DNA from: the human T2T-CHM13v2.0 reference genome, Homo sapiens
Strand: one strand, 5' to 3'
Length of the DNA stretch: 64,000 bases
Assembly (NCBI RefSeq): GCF_009914755.1
Contig: NC_060926.1
Positions 58,881 to 64,000 of this stretch are shown piece after piece. Each line of letters opens with the position of its first letter. Position 1 is the stretch's first letter. The notes under the pieces were generated by a model. The model saw nothing but the letters and a program-made list of their open reading frames with translations. It was not told the origin of the DNA and ran no database searches. Both the position numbers and the translations under genes were made by a program.

Positions 58881-61294
58881 GAAATATCCTAGAGTTTTGA
58901 AAGCGCTTTCTTGCTACGTGGCCGCGGAGGTGCATTGGGCCCGCGCCTCCAAACGGAAATCATTAGGTCCTCTCTGATTTTCTAACACCGTCTGCAGAGT
59001 GAGATCTGAACTCGAAGTCCCCGGTTTTTTACTTTTATAATCCTGCTGATAGAAAGCCTTCTCGCCTACGCATTTTCCTGAGGGGAAACGAACTAGGCTG
59101 GACGATTTGATAGCAGAATTCGACAGCTAACTTTAAACACAGTGGAGATTTACAGCGCCATACGGGCGCTCCGAATCCACGCTCACGTTGCCAGATTTTC
59201 CCCTCCCTCCTCAAATAGAATTATTTGCGGCAAAGGCGCTGGATTTCGAGGTCAAAAGAGGAAAGAGGAGACAGCCTTCTTCCCCTACCTCCCCGCTGCC
59301 CTCCCTTCCCCTTTGCTTTTCTTCCTTCTCTCTTTCCTCCCCTCATCAACCCCAGCCCCTTACCTGCGGCCACAGGTATTCCCAGCGTTGGGTCCGGGCG
59401 CAGAGAGTCGCCGAACAGCCTTACAGCAGCTCTCTGCGGCCTGGGCTTGGAGGCTGAGCCTCTTGGCGACAACTTTGATAGTCATAATGACGCCGGTGGC
59501 AACCATTTTAACGAAGATCAATCTTCACTCCAGGCCGCTCCTCATCTCCCGCGGTTGCGCCCACCCTTCCCTGACCCTCCAAGCACTGTGCCCACCCGCC
59601 AACGGCCCAGCCGGAGAGAGATTCGCGGACACAGGCGGAGGCGAGGGAGGACGGGGATGGGACGCGGAGGTCCGCCCGTGAGCTTCTGAAGCGGCTGAGA
59701 GACCCTGACAATCTGGGCGCTGGGCGCGGGTCCTGCATCCCCACATTTAGCCTCAATCCGAACCCCAACCAGGGCCCCCTCTTCTTTCTGCCGACACACC
59801 CAGAACATTGGGGTGTGTTAGGGGGCAAGCTCGAGATCTATTCGCCTATAGCTCTTGGCGCTTTCCTTTTAACCTTAGACCCGTTGGGGGCGCATCAGGA
59901 ATGTAAGGGGAAGCGAGGTGTGAAGTATATTTATATACATATATACACACATATAGTCAATGCCAAAAGTTTATCTTCTGTTCCCCTCGGCGCCAACTTA
60001 TTTCAACAACGCGAGCTTTGCTTAGAAAATCAATTCCACATCTTTAAGGTAATAAACGGAAAGCTCGATAGGCAGGCGGTGCCTGGGGGAACGGGGAACC
60101 GGCGGGGAACGCAGAGTGGGCATCCAGCGCACCGGGACTGGGACTTGACCCAGCGTCCACCTCTGCCCCTGCCCCATTGGCCACCCAGCTCCGAGCTCCC
60201 TGAGTTCTCATTGCGCCGGCTTTGGGGCCATCAGCGCGGTGGGAGTCCAGCCCTGCCAACGCCCCCACCTGCTCCCTCCCTGCTCCGCAGCCCGGATGCC
60301 CAATTCTGCCATGCCTGACAGTCGCTGCTCCTGTGACCCAGGAAGGGTCCCCCTACCCAGTCCTCGCTTGCTCCAGGGACTGAATGGGACACCTTGGTTC
60401 AGGCTCGGGTCGTGCTGGGGTGGTGGGGGTGGGAGTGGTGCGAGACCCTGGCGGGAGTGTGGGTGAACCGAGGCACTGCTTGGGTGGAAATCCGTGGATG
60501 CCTTTATTGCTGTCGTTTGGCGCCCCCATCTGTTTTCCTCGCGGTTTCGGCTGCTGTGAGTTGGTTTTCAAGTCGGAGACGCAGTCACTGGGGACTAAGG
60601 TGAGGACTGACGACCCCTTCCTCTATCACTCAGCCCGAGGCTCTCCCACATCTTCCCTTCCTCTGGGACCCGACGCCTCTGGTCCCAAAGGCTGCGCCAA
60701 ACCGGACCTCAGTCTGTCGAAAGGGAAAACACTATTTCTCAGCAGCACCTTCATTCATTAGTGGCTTTGAAAACTATTTTTGCACCTTTTAAATGACACT
60801 GATAGTGCATTTCTAGCACGTTTATTACAAAAAACATGTCAGAGACCATGTCAGCGAAACTACTCACAGTAAAAGACACCTATAATGTTTCCACTAAACT
60901 GGGTGTAGCAGGCAATAATGTTTCATGAGGTACAGTGACCATTCCATTCCAATATTTAATGTCCCTTAATTTATTTAGAGATTCCACGCCCACTAGTAGT
61001 AATATTGGCTAACTTATACAAAACTCTTACTTTGCAATTCCAAGTGCTTTTTACATGTTATCTCAGCTAAGGTTCACAGTAACTCTGTGAGATTTAAACT
61101 ATTATCCCTTTTCCAGAGATTATGAGCCAGAGGGGTTCAGGGACTTGTGATTTAAACTTATCTCCGATGATAAAGTCAAAAGTGTTGTTTAAAGCCTTGG
61201 GCAGCATTTTTTAGGTTAATTCTCTCATTTTGCATATGCCTTATGTAAATACAGGCCTACCTCAAAAACATTGAACCTATATAGAGGGTAGTAA

Positions 61295-61678
<384 letters not shown>

Positions 61679-62049
61679 TGATGCTTTTTGATGAAATACC
61701 CAAACTTGCACGTCTCCCAGAATGTGAAGGCCAAGGCTGGGAACAGGCCTGTCAAATGTTCCGGGTGGTTTGATGCAGCCTCTGTGACCGTCAAGGCCTC
61801 TTACCCACTACCAAGGTACAGAACCCACTAGATAAAACAAGTCAAGAATCCAACCCAAGCCCGCATGCTTTGGCAGAAATTTTTAAGATGGGGTGGGGAG
61901 TACAGGAAGGACTTCCTTCGCATGGACTGAAAAGCCCTTTTTGTTCTAAAGGAGTAATGACTTTGAAGAGGCCTAATTTTTTGGTTAGGTTTCCAGACTA
62001 AATATTTGTTTCTTGAGCAGCAGCGGGTCCTCTGAGGTGAAGTGGTAAA

Positions 62050-62750
62050 CACTTTTGGCCTATGACTGCAGGTAATAAAAATCTGTCCGGGCTGCCCGAG
62101 GGGAGGGGCGCCGGTAAAGCCGTAGCTGCAGCGAAGCCCCGCGTCTGCCGCTGCCGGAGCCTGGCTCTCCTCTTACGCGGGGGACTGCGTGCAATTGGGG
62201 CCGACAACTTGCGGTCCCGCCTTGGGACGCATGCTTGCTCGAGAGCTGGGGCTGCAGGGTGCAGTGGGACAGTAGGACCGCGAAAGCCTGGGCTTCGAGC
62301 CTCGGGCTCCCTGTCTTTAGGCGAAGTGCGGTTTCCACGGGTGCAGGTTTCGCTGCATAAGGGAAGACTCAGATTTCGAGCCCTCGGCAGGCCAGCTTCT
62401 AGCTCTCTGTCCCTTCCGGGTCTCTCCGGTTGCTTCTGTCTTTCCTCCTCCCTCTCCCGTCGCAATCCCGCGCCCCACGGAGGAAGGTCGTGGTGCGGGA
62501 GTTGGGGGATACTTTCTTCCTGGGCTCGGTCTACGCAGACCCATCGCCTGCCTCGAGTTCCTGTGCCCTCAGACGCCACGGGAAAACTTGCAGGGACATC
62601 TAGCGCCAGGCGTGGGGAACTGCGCGCCGCCGGGCCGGGAAGTGGAGCCGAACACTGCCCCTCCGCCTCCCTTTCGGCTCCCCCCCTTCGTGCTTGGGCA
62701 CTTTCCTCACCTTCATCCCTTTGCCCTGCCGGTAAGGACAATGTGGATTC
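62050..62750. promoter_or_regulatory. CpG island between EVX2 and HOXD13
   Basis: GC-rich, CpG-dense block. Confidence 0.75.
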
Positions 62751-63317
62751 CCCATAGAGACAATGGACTCTGCGGAATGGAGATAGGTAGGTAGACAGAC
62801 ATTTTCTTTTATCTCAAGCTACCGACAGAGTGAGAATTTACTGGACTTCCCAGTAGTTTTGCTAGGGAAGTGTATTCCAAGGACAACCCCTCACCTTGAA
62901 ATGTCGGATAAAACTTCAGCAAATTAGGGTCCCAGCTTTTATTTTCCAAAAAAAGGCAACAAGTTACTCTGGGCCTCTGGCTCCTGCCCCACCCTCCTGC
63001 GTCCCTTTCACAGTGAGATTAGTGCTTCTCTTCAAAGGAAAGAATCCTCACTGTGTTTAATTTTTTCCAAGGCTGGAGAAGTTCTCTCCATCCCAAAGAA
63101 GGGCCCGCTGTCCTGCATGAGGCAAACCTGGTTCCACCAAATAATGTTTCTGATTTGGAGGGGGTTTGGAACTGTTGTTGCTGCAAACGATTTTCATTTG
63201 ATAAAGCCTAATCGTGTTGTGAAACCCAAACGGAATATGTCTCAAAGGTAGAAAGTACTCAAATGTGGCTTCCACTGTCTAGCTGTTGCTAGGGTCCCCT
63301 TTTTTCACAATAGGTTT

Positions 63318-63345
63318 GGTTTGTTGTTGTTGTTGTTGTTGTTGT
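63318..63345 (+). repeat. (GTT)n microsatellite
   Basis: Visible tandem repeat. Confidence 0.9.
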
Positions 63346-64000
63346 TTCTTTTGATATCTCCAGGCTGAGTAAAACTGGGTGTTGCCTGGAGAGGGAAAAT
63401 TAGCTCCAAAGTTGGCAGAACACAGATTTGGTTAAGAACACTGTCCAGCCACTTCTGCTAGACTTAAGATTTTACTTTGGAATTAAGACTCTATTTCTAC
63501 ACCGAATATTTGGCTTCTTACAAGTTAATTAGGAGGGTGTCCTGCACTTCCTGATCTTGGCCATCAAGACAAGTGCTTTCAAAGGAGTCCCCAGGACCCC
63601 ACTCTGATAGAATCCTGTGATCCTGGCCTTAATGGCCACTGATTATGTGGTTAATTGAGCTCATTGCTGTCTTGGCAAGCAGAGCAACTTCAATAAATCT
63701 AAATCACAGCCTGTATCTGCCCATTCCCCCAAACCAGGACAAGAGCAAAATTTGAAAGATCATCTACTAGGTTGAAAGGAGAGAATATGACTTCCAGAAC
63801 AGCACTGATGCTTAAAAAGGATGCCTCTGGAAGAAAAGGAGGAAGAGGAGCAAGTGATGGGAGAATACAGTGGGACTTTGGGCACCATGGGGTCATCCTG
63901 AGTTTTTCACCAAAATCAGGAACAGCGGCAAAACTGGTTTCACTGAAGAAGACACACGTTTGGAGACATGTGTAGTCTCCAAGGATTCTCACTTAACAAA

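Larger units (their letters stand above)
53400..60720. promoter_or_regulatory. Large CpG-island domain over the EVX2 body and upstream region
   Basis: Very high GC and CpG content across exons, introns and 58.9-60.7 kb. Confidence 0.85.

Noticed and set aside
61998-62757. 247-aa and 231-aa antiparallel ORFs
   Set aside because: CpG-island artefact; no homeodomain or HOXD13 sequence, and the HOXD13 CDS is not in the window

Overview
Human/primate genomic DNA from the centromeric flank of the HOXD cluster. The complete 3-exon homeobox gene EVX2 lies on the minus strand (CDS 57889-57463, 56562-56291, 54951-54220; 476 aa; probable 3' end near 51.58 kb). It sits in a CpG-island-rich, nearly transposon-free regulatory zone (about 46.7-61 kb) with candidate conserved enhancers, CTCF motifs and a GA-repeat. 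HOXD13 should lie just past the right edge and LNPK past the left edge (established synteny, not visible here). The left 40 kb is repeat-dense (30 Alu copies or fragments across the window, plus MaLR LTRs, L1, L2, MIR and Tigger elements) and holds a full-length RPL41 processed pseudogene with target-site duplication. The main unexpected signal is a chain of more than 10 minus-strand segments bounded by canonical splice acceptors and donors in the non-repetitive parts of 1-10 kb, with weaker ones at 24-28 kb. Their stop-interrupted translations resemble RGS-domain proteins of the RGSL1/RGS22 type. This suggests a decayed, possibly unannotated multi-exon gene whose first exon may be at the orphan CpG island near 42.8 kb. 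The family assignment is by eye and from memory and needs an alignment. Most ORFs in the supplied track are Alu-derived or GC-rich noise. Repeat boundaries and subfamily calls are approximate.
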